Shown in pieces: positions 27,884 to 38,504 of a stretch of DNA of 64,000 bases. The position numbers and the translations under genes were made by a program. The notes beneath the pieces were generated by a model. The model was not told where the DNA came from. It saw only the letters and a list, made by a program, of their open reading frames with translations, and did no database searches. Each line of letters opens with the position of its first letter. The stretch's first letter is position 1. This DNA is from an uncultured Acidobacteriota bacterium (GTDB taxonomy: Bacteria; Acidobacteriota; Vicinamibacteria; Vicinamibacterales; UBA2999), in contig CAVVST010000005.1 of the NCBI GenBank assembly GCA_963750995.1, forward strand, positions 347,988-411,987. Direction: 5' to 3'.

Positions 27884-29070
27884 CGACCGCTCCCCACCAG
27901 CTCCGCGGCCTGCACCGCCGTCCACACCCCGCCGCGGCGATGGCTCGCCAGCACCGCATCAACCAGGCAAGCTGCGTGATACCCGTCCTCGAACGTGGCG
28001 AATGCTGTCGGCCGTGGTTCGAGGGGGTGACGTGCGATCGCGGTATACACATCCCGAAGCACATTGAAGAAGGCGTCGGCCCATCCCTCCTGATGCCCCC
28101 CGGGCAGGTTCGCGTAGGCGCGCGCGTCAGGTGTGAGCAGAGTCGGATCCTTCGCCAATACCAGGTTGGCCTCGTCGCGACGCCCGATCCAGAGCTCGTT
28201 CTGCCGTTCCTGGCGCCAACGCAGCGACGACCTCGCTCCGTTCACCTCGAGCCACAAGTCGTTCTTGTGCCCGGCGCAGACCTGCCCCACGGACACCGCG
28301 CCCCTGGCGCCGCCTTCGAATCGCATCAGGAACGTGGCGAGATCTTCACTGCGGATCTGAACCGGCTCACCGCGTTCTTCAGTGGCGGCGCCCGGAAACG
28401 CCTCCCGAGCCGTGCGCGGACGATAGCGCGTGGGGACCACGGTCGACAGCTCAGCGAGCACGGATACAACCCGGCTGCCGGTGACGTGTTGCGCCAGATC
28501 GCACCAGTGGGACCCGATGTCCGCCACCGCCGAACTGTCGCCACCCTTGTCCGGTTCGAGACGCCAGGAAAAGTCGGTCGGCTTGAGAAGCCAGTCCTGG
28601 AGGTAGCCGCCATGGACGTAGGTCGTGGAGCCGATATCCCCGGCGGCGATCATCGCGCGGGCCTGCTGAACCATCGGGTTACCGCGGTAATTGAACGTCA
28701 CGGCATGGACCACGCCCGCCTCGCGCGCCGCGAGCCACAGCCCATACGCTTCCTCAGCCGAGGCGGCGAGCGGTTTTTCCGAAACGATATGCTTGCCGTG
28801 CGCCAGCGCTGCGCGAATGATCGGGCCATGCAGGAAGTTCGGGGCGGTGTTGTGCACAACCTGCACCTCGGGATCGGCTGCGAGGGCCTCGAAGCTGCCG
28901 TATGCTTTCGGGACGCCGAGAGCGTCGGCTTTGGCGCGCGTGCGGCGATCGTCAGAACCCGCTATCGCCACGACGTCGACGAAACCAAGCCGACGCACCG
29001 CGTCGATGTGATGTCTCCCGACGAAACCGGGACCGACCAGCCCCATGCCAATCCTGCGTGGTGTTACCAA
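27880..29070 (-). CDS. Gfo/Idh/MocA family oxidoreductase
   Basis: Rossmann N-terminus RIGMGLVGPGFVGRHH, EKPLA motif. TTG at 29070 has GGAGGA 7 nt upstream (alternative ATG at 29046). The longer track ORF would run over the operator and the divergent gene. Confidence 0.8.
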   Translation of the reverse strand: MVTPRRIGMGLVGPGFVGRHHIDAVRRLGFVDVVAIAGSDDRRTRAKADALGVPKAYGSFEALAADPEVQVVHNTAPNFLHGPIIRAALAHGKHIVSEKPLAASAEEAYGLWLAAREAGVVHAVTFNYRGNPMVQQARAMIAAGDIGSTTYVHGGYLQDWLLKPTDFSWRLEPDKGGDSSAVADIGSHWCDLAQHVTGSRVVSVLAELSTVVPTRYRPRTAREAFPGAATEERGEPVQIRSEDLATFLMRFEGGARGAVSVGQVCAGHKNDLWLEVNGARSSLRWRQERQNELWIGRRDEANLVLAKDPTLLTPDARAYANLPGGHQEGWADAFFNVLRDVYTAIARHPLEPRPTAFATFEDGYHAACLVDAVLASHRRGGVWTAVQAAELVGSGR

Positions 29071-29148
29071 CGAATGATCCTCCGACTGAGCAGCGTGCAG
29101 ACGTAGCGGGATAGTACCGTTTGCGGCATTGAAAGCTACGGCCTCAGA

Positions 29149-29162
29149 TGTAACCGGTTGCA
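29149..29162. promoter_or_regulatory. predicted LacI-family operator TGTAACCGGTTGCA
   Basis: 14-bp palindrome fitting the LacI/CcpA-type pattern TGnnAnCGnTnnCA. It lies midway between divergent starts 29070 and 29267. Confidence 0.6.
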
Positions 29163-29266
29163 CATGCGAACTGGATTCGGCCGGGACCGGCAACGTTCCG
29201 ACCGGAGCCAGCCCTCCTCCGCCGTGAGTGAATCGCGACCGGGTAGAATTGGAATCCCCGCACGAG

Positions 29267-30322
29267 ATGTCCACTATCTACGAAGTCGCCAAGCGCGCCG
29301 GCGTCTCCACGGCCACCGTCTCGCGCGTCCTCAGCCGCCCGGATGTGGTTGCGCCCGAAACGCGCAAGAAAGTCCTGCAGGAAGTCGAGCGTCTCGGCTT
29401 CACCCCCAATTTCGTGGCGGCGAACCTCCGTTCGTTTCGCACCTGGAAGCTCGTCGTCACCGTTCCTGATATCTCCAATCCGTTTTTTTCCCAAATCCTT
29501 CAGGGGATCGAAGACGCGGCACAGCGCCGCGGCTATGCGGTGCTCCTTGGAGACACGCAGCACGATACCAAGCGGGAAGAGCGCTACGCGTTGATGTTGA
29601 AGCGCAAGGAGGCGGACGGCCTGATCTTTCTGGGCCACCGGCTTCCCAAGGAAGCGGCCGCGCTGATCAAGGCCGCCGCGCCGCGTTGCGCGCCGATCGT
29701 CAATGGCTGCGAGTTCAGCCCGCGCCTGGGCGTGCCGAGCGTCCACATCGACAACGCGAAGGCCGCAGCCGAGGCGATGGCTCACCTTTATCGTCTCGGT
29801 CATCGGCGGATCGGTGTGATTACCGGTCCGCTGGTGAGTCCGCTCAGCCGCGACCGGCTGCGAGGCGCCAAGGCGCAGGCGGCCTCTGAGGGAGCGGCCG
29901 CCGAACTCCTGTTCGCGCAGGGTGACTTCTCCATCGGCTCCGGTGCCGCTATGGGCGACTACTTGCTGGGGCAAACCAAGCCCCCCACCGCCATCTTCTG
30001 CTTCAACGACGGCATGGCCGTTGGCGTGATCCAGGCGGCCAAGCGACGCGGACGCCGGGTGCCGAACGATCTGTCCGTCATCGGGTTCGATGACATTCAG
30101 TTCGCAGGCTACACCGATCCGCCGCTCACAACCGTGGCGCAACCGATGCGTGAGATCGGCGAAGGCACGGTTCGGCTCCTGCTGGAGATCCTCGAAGGGA
30201 AGACGGACGTGACGCCGGTCTCGATTACGCTGCCGCATACCCTGATGATCCGTGGCAGCACGGCGCCGGTGCAGGCGCAAGCGCAGGGGGCCCGTTACCG
30301 CGGCAGCGCCAAAGCGACGTAA
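29267..30322 (+). CDS. LacI family transcriptional regulator
   Basis: HTH MSTIYEVAKRAGVSTATVSRVLS followed by a periplasmic-binding-protein-like sugar-binding core. Confidence 0.9.
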   Translation: MSTIYEVAKRAGVSTATVSRVLSRPDVVAPETRKKVLQEVERLGFTPNFVAANLRSFRTWKLVVTVPDISNPFFSQILQGIEDAAQRRGYAVLLGDTQHDTKREERYALMLKRKEADGLIFLGHRLPKEAAALIKAAAPRCAPIVNGCEFSPRLGVPSVHIDNAKAAAEAMAHLYRLGHRRIGVITGPLVSPLSRDRLRGAKAQAASEGAAAELLFAQGDFSIGSGAAMGDYLLGQTKPPTAIFCFNDGMAVGVIQAAKRRGRRVPNDLSVIGFDDIQFAGYTDPPLTTVAQPMREIGEGTVRLLLEILEGKTDVTPVSITLPHTLMIRGSTAPVQAQAQGARYRGSAKAT

Positions 30323-30370
30323 TCCGTTTCACCTGCGCATCCGGACGCAGCGCGACCAGACACGCCGGCA

Positions 30371-31337
30371 TCATGTCTCCAGCAGCGCCTTCAGATAGTT
30401 CAACTGCCAGCGCGTCTGCTCGACCGCCGTGCCGGGTGCATCGCGATACTCGCGCTCGAGCAAGAGCATGATCGGCCACTTGTTGTCGCGGATCAGCGTG
30501 GCGCACTCTTTGATCGGCGTGTCGCCGGTGCCGAGCTGCACGTTGGGACCGCCGTCCCGCTTGCGATCCTTGACGTGCAGGTGGGTGATGCGGTCGTGGT
30601 GCTCGCGCAGGAACGCCACCGCGTCGTTGTTGCCGGCGGTGTAGTGCCCGATGTCGAGGTTGACGACAAACGCCTTCGACATGCCGAGCAGCTTCTCCAT
30701 ACTCGCCGGCGTCGCCACTTCGTTCGGATCGTCCACCTGCGCGTGCGGATGCCAGGCCGCCTTGATGCCGTATTTCTCCGCGAACGGCGCCACGCGCGGG
30801 CCCATCCCGACGCGCGTCTGGTTGGTCGTGAACATCGGCACCTTCAGCGCCTGCATCTGCCGGAACATGGCGTCGATCTCGCCGTCGGTCATGTCGTCGT
30901 CGATGGTCTGGACGTAGGAGAAAAGATTGAGCCCCGCCTTGTCGAATTTCGCCCGCACCTCGCGGAAACGATCCAGCGGCTGCGCAATCCGCCACTCTCG
31001 CAGCGCCTGGCGGGACCTGGTGTATTCAGGCGTTTTTTGCGCGGGCGGCTGGCCGAACCGCCCGCCGTTGATCACCTGAGGGGTTCCCTGCGGAAAGACC
31101 GTCACCAGTTCGACATTACCCAGACCTAACGCAAGGCACTGCTCGATGATGACGTCGATGGGATCGCGACCGGTGTTCTCCGGTAGCGGATTCAGCGACC
31201 CCGTGATCAGACCGATCCTGACGCCGCGGACGGTTGACTCGATCGCTGCGGCGCGTACCGGTCAGACCCGGCAGGGCCGACAGTGCCAGCCCCGACAGCG
31301 CGGCAGTGGTGAATTCGCGGCGGGAGTAGGAGCCCAT
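30371..31337 (-). CDS. Tat-exported xylose-isomerase-like TIM-barrel protein T1 (one apparent frameshift near 31260)
   Basis: Tat signal MGSYSRREFTTAALSGLALSALPGL in one frame. The body (...RGVRIGLITGSL... HLHVKDRKRDGGPNVQLGTGDTPIKE...WPIMLLLEREY) is in the next frame. Confidence 0.7.
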
Positions 31338-31345
31338 GGCGACGG

Positions 31346-31765
31346 CTACTGCGCCGCCTCGCCCTTCGGGCGTGCGATGTCGTGATACATGCGCTTGCCG
31401 TCCGGCCTGATCATGTAGAAAAGCGAGATGCCCTTGGAGCCGTCCCTCATCGGGTGCCCGACCAGCGTGATCGGGTCTCCCGGCTTCAGCGTGGCCCGCG
31501 TCCAGCCCTGGCGCGTCATGATGTTGGTGGACCCGCCTTCGACGTCCCACCTCCCCACCGTCGCCTGGTCGACGCCCGGCCCTGGCTTGATGTCAATCGT
31601 GAAATGCACGTGCGGGTTGTTCCACATGTACTCGACCACGACCCCTTTATAGGTCACGTTCTTGTCCATTTCGAACATGCTGAACGAGTGGTGCGCGAAG
31701 AGCGGCCCGCCCGTGCAGGCGATCAGCAGCAGCACCGCTGCAAACACGGCATGGCGAACATTCAT
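31346..31765 (-). CDS. family-A small secreted protein (A3; DUF6152-like)
   Basis: MNVRHAVFAAVLLLIACTGGPLFA|HHSFSMFEMD...EYMWNNPHVHF...LKPGDPITL. RBS GGAGAT. Confidence 0.8.
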   Translation of the reverse strand: MNVRHAVFAAVLLLIACTGGPLFAHHSFSMFEMDKNVTYKGVVVEYMWNNPHVHFTIDIKPGPGVDQATVGRWDVEGGSTNIMTRQGWTRATLKPGDPITLVGHPMRDGSKGISLFYMIRPDGKRMYHDIARPKGEAAQ

Positions 31766-31840
31766 GACATATCTCCACACATCGTCAACGAGCGGCTTGC
31801 GACCCCGATCACAGGCCCAGAAACTGCATTATACTAGGCT

Positions 31841-31854
31841 TGTAACCGGTTACA
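31841..31854. promoter_or_regulatory. predicted LacI-family operator TGTAACCGGTTACA
   Basis: Centre of a 22-bp perfect palindrome GGCTTGTAACCGGTTACAAGCC (31837..31858), about 75 nt upstream of the A3 start. Confidence 0.6.
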
Positions 31855-31887
31855 AGCCCATCCTCGTGCGGGACGATATCGGCGATC

Positions 31888-33579
31888 TCACTGCGGCAGC
31901 GCGTACGCGTAGAGGGTGTCGTCGGACGCAAACAACAGAAACTGCCGCCCATCCAGCATGTAGGTGATCGGCGGGTTCGTCACGTTGTTCAGCACGGGAT
32001 TTCCCTTATCGGGCAGCATTGCACGCCACAGTATCTGTCCGGTGGACGCCTCATAGGCCACCATATAGCCGCCGGGGTTCCCGGCAAACACCACCCCTCC
32101 GGCGGTGCTGAGGAGACCGCCAACCCGATGCGGGCGCGGCGGGTTCCACTCACTGCCTGCGTAGCGGTGAATCCACTTGGCTTTTCCGGTCTTGACGTCA
32201 ATCGCGCGGAGAGACATGTCATAGCCACCGACGCCCTGGGACTGATGTCCCAACTCGCCCGTGACCGGGTCCGGATCCCCATAGGTGTAATGGATGTCGA
32301 ACCCCTGCATCACATTGAAATACAGCAGCCCGGTCTCGGGCATGTAGGTGGGCGGCACCCAATTTTGAATGCCACCATTGCTCGGCGAGAGCAACGCGCC
32401 GCCCCGCTGATACATCTTGGCGGGATTTCGAATCGGCTTCCCCTGCGCGTTGAATCCCAGCGACCAATTGACCGACTCGGCCAGCAGCGCCGACACAAGG
32501 TGTTCGCCGGTCGCCCGATCGAAGAGATAGTAGGTGCCGTTACGGTTCGCCTGGGCGACCACCTTCCTGGGCCGTCCGTCCATGGTCGTGTCAATCAGGA
32601 CTGGTACCTGGTTCGAGTCGAAATCCCAGGCCTCATTCGGTGAAGTCTGGAAGTACCACACCATTTTTCCTGTATCGGGATTGAGCGCAACCAGAGAGCA
32701 GCTATAGAGATTGTCGCCCTTTCGCAGTTCAGGATGGTACATGGGCGTGGGGTTTCCTGTCGGGACGTAGATCAGGTTGAGGTCAGGATCGTACGTGACC
32801 GGCTGCCAGGTCATCCCTCCGCCATGCTCGCGGGCGAAGTCATTCGGCCACGTTTCCGATCCGGGCTCACCCCGGCCCGGCGTCGTGAACCATTTCCACT
32901 CGAGCTCCCCGCTGTCAGGATTCCGCGACTCAATCCAGGCTGGCACATCAAGGGCATCGCCGCTCAACCCGACGAGGAGATGGTCCTTGACGACAACCGG
33001 CGCGGCCGACACGTAGTAGTTGCTCTTGACGCTGCCGATTTCCTTGTGCCAGCGTTCCTTGCCCGTCCTGGCGTCGAGCGACACCAGGTGGCCATCCGGT
33101 GTCCCGAAGTAAAGCCAGTTCTTGTACATGGCCATACCTCGATTACCCGTGTACTCACCACCGCTGCTGCGCCAGAAGTAATGCCAGATTTCGCGCCCCG
33201 TCCTCGCGTCGACAGCCCACGCATGGTCCGGCGCCGTGAAGTAGAGGACGCCGTTGACGAGGAGCGGCGTCGCCATCAGGAAGCCTCTCATTGCCTGTCC
33301 TGAAAACTGGAGGACGGCCTTCTCCACCGTGCCGCCCGTCATCGCTCCGTCCTGGGACAGGTTCGCGCGATACTGCCACTCCAGCCGCAGCTTAGTGACG
33401 CTTGATCTGTCAATCTGCTTCAACGTGCTGTAGTGCTTGCCCGAGTAATCACCGTGATACGTCGGCCACGCGTCGGTAGGAGGCTTTTTCAAAAGCCCGG
33501 GGTCCAGTTTCGCCTGCGCGGACAGCGCCCCCACGAGGACCGCGAGAACGACTGGAACGAGAACGAGTCTGTTCTTCAC
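31888..33579 (-). CDS. PQQ-dependent dehydrogenase (quinoprotein beta-propeller), periplasmic
   Basis: Signal peptide, WPTYHGDYSGKHYS start, and repeated W-containing propeller blades typical of quinoprotein alcohol/glucose dehydrogenases. GTG start overlaps the cytochrome gene stop. Confidence 0.8.
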   Translation of the reverse strand: MKNRLVLVPVVLAVLVGALSAQAKLDPGLLKKPPTDAWPTYHGDYSGKHYSTLKQIDRSSVTKLRLEWQYRANLSQDGAMTGGTVEKAVLQFSGQAMRGFLMATPLLVNGVLYFTAPDHAWAVDARTGREIWHYFWRSSGGEYTGNRGMAMYKNWLYFGTPDGHLVSLDARTGKERWHKEIGSVKSNYYVSAAPVVVKDHLLVGLSGDALDVPAWIESRNPDSGELEWKWFTTPGRGEPGSETWPNDFAREHGGGMTWQPVTYDPDLNLIYVPTGNPTPMYHPELRKGDNLYSCSLVALNPDTGKMVWYFQTSPNEAWDFDSNQVPVLIDTTMDGRPRKVVAQANRNGTYYLFDRATGEHLVSALLAESVNWSLGFNAQGKPIRNPAKMYQRGGALLSPSNGGIQNWVPPTYMPETGLLYFNVMQGFDIHYTYGDPDPVTGELGHQSQGVGGYDMSLRAIDVKTGKAKWIHRYAGSEWNPPRPHRVGGLLSTAGGVVFAGNPGGYMVAYEASTGQILWRAMLPDKGNPVLNNVTNPPITYMLDGRQFLLFASDDTLYAYALPQ

Positions 33580-34436
33580 TTGAGCGTCACCAGGTAAGCG
33601 ACGAGATTGTGCATGGTCTCGTCGGTGTACTTCAGCATCAACTGCCGATGCGCCTCGAGTGGATCATTGATCTCGACCTTTGGTATATCGCTGCCGATGG
33701 GTCGCTCGATGGTGCGTCGATCGCCCGCGCCGTCGATGAGAGTGACGAAGAAATCATCGACCGACACCAGCGTGCCGGAAATGACCTGGCCACGCGCCAG
33801 CGTCACCTTGACCTGAACAGGAACAGATCGAGGAGGAGGGGCGCCCCGCCGGCCCCCTGTCACGACGCGCGGATTGACCATGCGGCCCTGCAGGATGACC
33901 GGCGTGTACTTGCCGCCGACGCCCTTGAGATCTCCGAGCGGCGAATGACACGTGCGGCAGCCGCCGGCGCCGTTGAAGTACGCCTCTCCGGCAACGGGAT
34001 CGCCGACGACGATACTCGCCGGATTCATCGCCGGCCGACCGCTTCCTTCCGCCGCCCGCACCCTGAGGAAAGCAGCGAGGTCCGAAAGCTGCGCCGCGGG
34101 TAGTCCCGGGAAGGGCGGCATGCCAGTCTCAGGCCGACCGACCTTCAGGAAGTCGCCGAGGACCTTGCCGTCTTCGTCGTTCAGCACATACAGCGAACGA
34201 GTCAGGTCCGGCCCCTGTGCCCCTCGCGCGTCCCCGCCATGGCAGAACCCACACGAGGACGCATAAGTTGTCGAGCCCCGCTCTACGCTCGCCGCCTCGG
34301 CTGCCGGCCTCACGCCCAACCGGGTCGCGGCGGTTGCCGCTCCGGCTCCGCCCGGTGGCCCCTCCTGGGCATGCAACAAGGCGAAGACCGCGAAGACGAC
34401 AACCGCGACCGGAGCAAGTCCGCGTACGACGACCAT
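33576..34436 (-). CDS. dihaem c-type cytochrome
   Basis: Signal peptide and two CxxCH motifs (SCGFCHG, GCRTCHS). Confidence 0.8.
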   Translation of the reverse strand: MVVVRGLAPVAVVVFAVFALLHAQEGPPGGAGAATAATRLGVRPAAEAASVERGSTTYASSCGFCHGGDARGAQGPDLTRSLYVLNDEDGKVLGDFLKVGRPETGMPPFPGLPAAQLSDLAAFLRVRAAEGSGRPAMNPASIVVGDPVAGEAYFNGAGGCRTCHSPLGDLKGVGGKYTPVILQGRMVNPRVVTGGRRGAPPPRSVPVQVKVTLARGQVISGTLVSVDDFFVTLIDGAGDRRTIERPIGSDIPKVEINDPLEAHRQLMLKYTDETMHNLVAYLVTLK

Positions 34437-34447
34437 GTCTGATTACT

Positions 34448-37400
34448 TCAGAACAGCAACTTCGCGGCGAACTGCATCTGCCGCGGGATGGCGTTGCCGG
34501 TGCTCGAAATAGTGCCGAACTGGGCGTTGCCGAGCGCCGTGCTCGGGTTGGCGAAGTTCGCGGTGTTCGTCACGTTGTAAACCTCGTAGCGCAACTGCAG
34601 TCTGGAACTGCCACGCAGGTAGATGTCCTTGAACAGCGACAGGTCAAGCCGGCGTTGAGACGGGCCCCAGCCGACGGTGGCTGGCGCATTGCCGAGCGTG
34701 AACTGCGGCTGTGCTTCGAACGCTGCGGTATTGAACCACCGCTGCACGGTCCGCTCGCCCTTCGGGAGGATTGGATCGCCCACCATGTTCGGCCGATCGC
34801 CACCGCTCGTGTTCGCGCGCTCGGTGGAATTCGACACGCTCCATGGACGGCCCGACTGCCAGAAGGTGGAGACGTTCACCTGCCAGCCGGCGAGCAGCGA
34901 CCTGACGCCCGTCAGGTTCCGACCGAACGGCAGCGCGTAGTTGATCTGCCCGACCCATGCATGTGGCACATCGTTGGCCGAGTACCGACCATTCTTCCGT
35001 GAACTCGAACGTCACGGGATCGACCACGGCCCACGCTTGCGGTCCACTGCTCTTCGCCACCGACCGCGTGTAGTGCGTGGTCAGCGCCAGTCCGTCGCGG
35101 AACCGGCGCTGGAAGATGAGCTGCAGCGCGTGGTAGGACGACTCGTGTCGTGTCGTGTAGTAGTTGATGGTGTTCAGGCGCGGTAGCGTTGGCCCGAAGA
35201 TGCGGCGCGCCTGGACCGCTCCGGGGCCGATTGGCGCCAGGTTGAGGTTCTGGTTGTTGCCGCTCGACACGAAGTCGCCGATGTTGCCGACATATCCGAT
35301 CGTCGCGACGTTGCCGGCGAATTCCTTCTCGACATTCAGGTTGAACTGCTGGTAGCGCGTCGACTTCAGGTTCACATCGACCGCCCGGAACGTCCCGGCG
35401 AGATCACGCGCGGCCGAGATGTTCGGTTTCTGCATTTCGGGCAGACCCTGCCTGAGCAGCAGATCCGGCACGCCGCCGAGCGCGTCGCCCAGGCTCGTAA
35501 CCGGACCGTAGAGGGAGAACAGCGGTTCGTTCTTCATCACCGAGAACGACGTCTGGTTCGACGGGACGAACGACAACCCGAATCCGCCGCGGACAACCGT
35601 GCTGTACGGCAACGTGGCGGCGAAGCCGATGCGCGGCTGGACGTTCGAGTAGTCGGTCTTCACGCCGGCCGTTTCCGACGCGCCGTTCTGGCCGGCCACG
35701 TAGAGGGTCCCGGTGAACGGATCCATGTTGGACATCTGATTGTTTTCCTCGGTATACGGCGGGTACACGTCGTAGCGGACGCCGAGGTTGATGGTCAGCC
35801 AGCCGGTCGCGCGCCAGTCGTCCTGCACGAACAGCGAGGGTTCGTTGGTGCGGTACTCGGCTCGAAGGGCGTGTGGTTCCGGAGCACGGTGGATGGCAGG
35901 CCTAACAGGAATGACGCCACCGAGTGGCCGCCCTGGCCGGTTGCGCTGCGAGTCAGGTTCGGGCCGAACGTGAAGATGCCGTTCGGTGACGAGCTCTGGA
36001 TGCTCGCGAATTCGCGCATGACGACGCCACCGCCGAACTTGAAGCTGTGCGCACCCGCGGTCTGCGTCAGCACGGCGCTGAACTGCTTCGTGAGGTTCCT
36101 GATGATGAGCGGCAGGTTCTGCGTGTCGCCCAGAATCGCGAAGCCGTTCATGTTCATCAGCGCCAGTGACGACGCCACGTCGTCGACGTTGACGCCCGGC
36201 AGGCCAAGCGCCGCGCTGGCGTTGGTGCGGAAGTTCGACCGGGTAGGACGCGATGTCGAGATCGAGCAGGCCGCCCTTGAATTCGCCGACGAGGGTTGGG
36301 CTGAACACGCGCACGTAGTTGCCCTGATAGCCTGACGCGGTGGTCTTGTTCGGGCCCGGGAAGCCGGCGTTCGTACCGCGTCAGACAGCCGGGGTAGAGC
36401 CCCGTGGCCTCATTCACAGGACAGCCGCTCGGGGCGTAGTTGTCGAGGTTGTTGTACGACCAGCGGCCCCAGATCGTGTTGCCCGGGTTGAGCCGGTGAT
36501 CGATGCGCACGTCCGCCGTGTGGCTGCGCTGAAATCCTCCGTCGTGCTCTGGTAGTTGTTGGCCAGTCCGCCGGTCGTGGGGGCCGGGAAGAGCGCCAGG
36601 TACCGCGCCGCGATCGGGTCGATGCGGTTGGCCGGAATGATGTTGCCCGGGAATGGCGTACGCGGCGTGGTGACGGGTCGGAGATCGGTGCCGTCGATCT
36701 CCGAGAAGTCGCCTTGGCGCATCTTCATCGTCGGAATGGTCAGGTTGTTGACCTGTCCCTGCTCCGAGTCGAACCCTCGTAGTCGCCAAAGAAGAACGTG
36801 CGGTTCGAGACGACGGGACCGCCGAGGCTGCCGCCGAATTGGTGCTGGTTCAGCATCGGGTCCACCGTCGCAAAGTAGTCGCGCTCGTCGAAGCGATCGT
36901 TGCGGTAGAACTCGTACGCCGAGCCATGGAACTCGTTGGTGCCCGACTTGGTGAGGATGTTGATCATGCCGCCGCCCGTGCGTCCGGTCTCGGCCGAATA
37001 CAGGTTGGTCTGGACGCGGACTTCCGTGAATCGCGTCCATCGACGGCTTGACGCCGATCGTGCCGATGTAGCGCTCGTTGTTGTCCATGCCGTCGATCAT
37101 CTGGTTGTTCTGGGTGTCGGCGGCGCCGTTGATCGAGACCGCCGAGGTCTGCCGGCGATCGTCAGGACGCGTGCCGCTTGCGACTGAGTTGTCGCGCCGT
37201 CGTTCGCGCCCGGCACCAGCTGCACGAGGCTGATGAAGTTGCGTCCGTTGACCGGCAGGTCCTGGACGGCCTTTTCCGTGACCAGTGTGCTGAGTGTCGA
37301 CGCGTCGGTCTGCAGCAGCGGCGACTCAGCCGTGACCTGCACGGTCTCGCTGATGCGTGCCGACGTTCAATGCGCCATCAACGCGGGTGCGGTCGCCGCT

Positions 37401-37685
37401 GGTGAGCGACCGTGCGCGGGTCTGCGCCGAGAAGCCCTGCAGCTCGATCCGCACCGATGTAGGTGCCGATCGGCAGCAGCGTGAACACATAGTCGCCGGT
37501 GTCGCTGACGTCACGGTGGTACGAACGTCCTTGGTACCGATGTTTTCGACCGTGACGGTGGCGCCGGGGAGTACGCCGCCGCTGTTATCCGTCACGCGAC
37601 CGACGATGTCGGCGGTCTGTGCGGAGGCGAGGGAGGGAAGAGCGACAACGAGCAACGCGCAGACGAACCACTTAACGGGATGCAT
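34448..37685 (-). pseudogene. TonB-dependent receptor TBDR1 (carboxypeptidase-regulatory type), at least seven frameshifts as read
   Basis: N-terminus MHPVKWFVCALLVVALPSLASAQTADIVGRVTDNSGGVLPGATVTVENIG. Fragments are in all three frames (track ORFs 37097.., 36414.., 35795.., 34644.., 34448..). C-terminus RQMQFAAKLLF*. Confidence 0.75.
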
Positions 37686-37731
37686 TTCCTTGGATTCCTC
37701 TCTCGGACGAATCCGAGCCAAGCGATGACCG

Positions 37732-37745
37732 TGCAACCGGTTACA
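37732..37745. promoter_or_regulatory. predicted LacI-family operator TGCAACCGGTTACA
   Basis: Same palindrome family, about 45 nt upstream of the TBDR1 start codon. Confidence 0.55.
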
Positions 37746-37800
37746 TTCGAGGGCAGATACTAAGCTAGCCACGGTCTCGAATGCAAGCCGCGGCGGAGTT

Positions 37801-38503
37801 CTACTGCGGCTGCTCGAAGAAGGCGGTGCGTTCCGGGTCGAACGGGTCGCAGAGCTGGTACGGCCGCGCCTCGTACTCTTTTTCAGCGCGCTGATAGCGG
37901 AACTCGTACGAGTGCGGACGTCTGAAACACGGACGGATCCGTCCAGGTGAACCTCACCGAGAGCACGGCTCCGTCTTTCAGCAGACGATAGCGCTCGACC
38001 AGCTGTGAGTTCGCCGTCCTGAATCCGCCGCCGGGAATGGCGGTGATGCCATGCGTCGGCTCGAAGCCCGTCGTATCCACCACGAGCGTGTCCCCTTCCC
38101 AATGCGCGATCGAATCGCCGCTGGTCGTCGGATCGAAGATTTCCTTGTCGATGTGCGTCTTGCGGTTGAGATAGAGATGGCGCACCGGCGTCACCGGTGA
38201 CTCCGCCACGATCACGATCTCCCGGGCTCCCTGACGGATGTTGAGCGGACGCCCCACATCCATCGTCGTCGGCATGCCCACCCAGTTGCACCACCGGATG
38301 GCCTTCGCCGTCTTGCGGGCCTCGGCCTCGATCATCGCCGGCGTGACACGTGGAGACAGACGCGCGGATGGGACGAGACGCCCGTCGATCGGAAGCTCCC
38401 AATACCCGCTGATATCGGGCGGAGCACCCGCTTGAGCGGTGAGCGGCGCGGCACCCGCGAGGATGGCGGCGACTGGCAGCGACGACAGCGGCGAACGTCT
38501 TCA
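37801..38503 (-). pseudogene. family-B secreted protein (B5), at least two frameshifts as read
   Basis: GTG start 1 nt after the B6 stop. Core ...RHLYLNRKTHIDKEIFDPTTSGDSIAHWEGDTLVVDTTGFEP... is in frame. The signal peptide and the C-terminus (...PHSYEFRYQRAEKEYEARPYQLCDPFDPERTAFFEQPQ*) are in other frames. Confidence 0.7.
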
Positions 38504-38504
38504 C

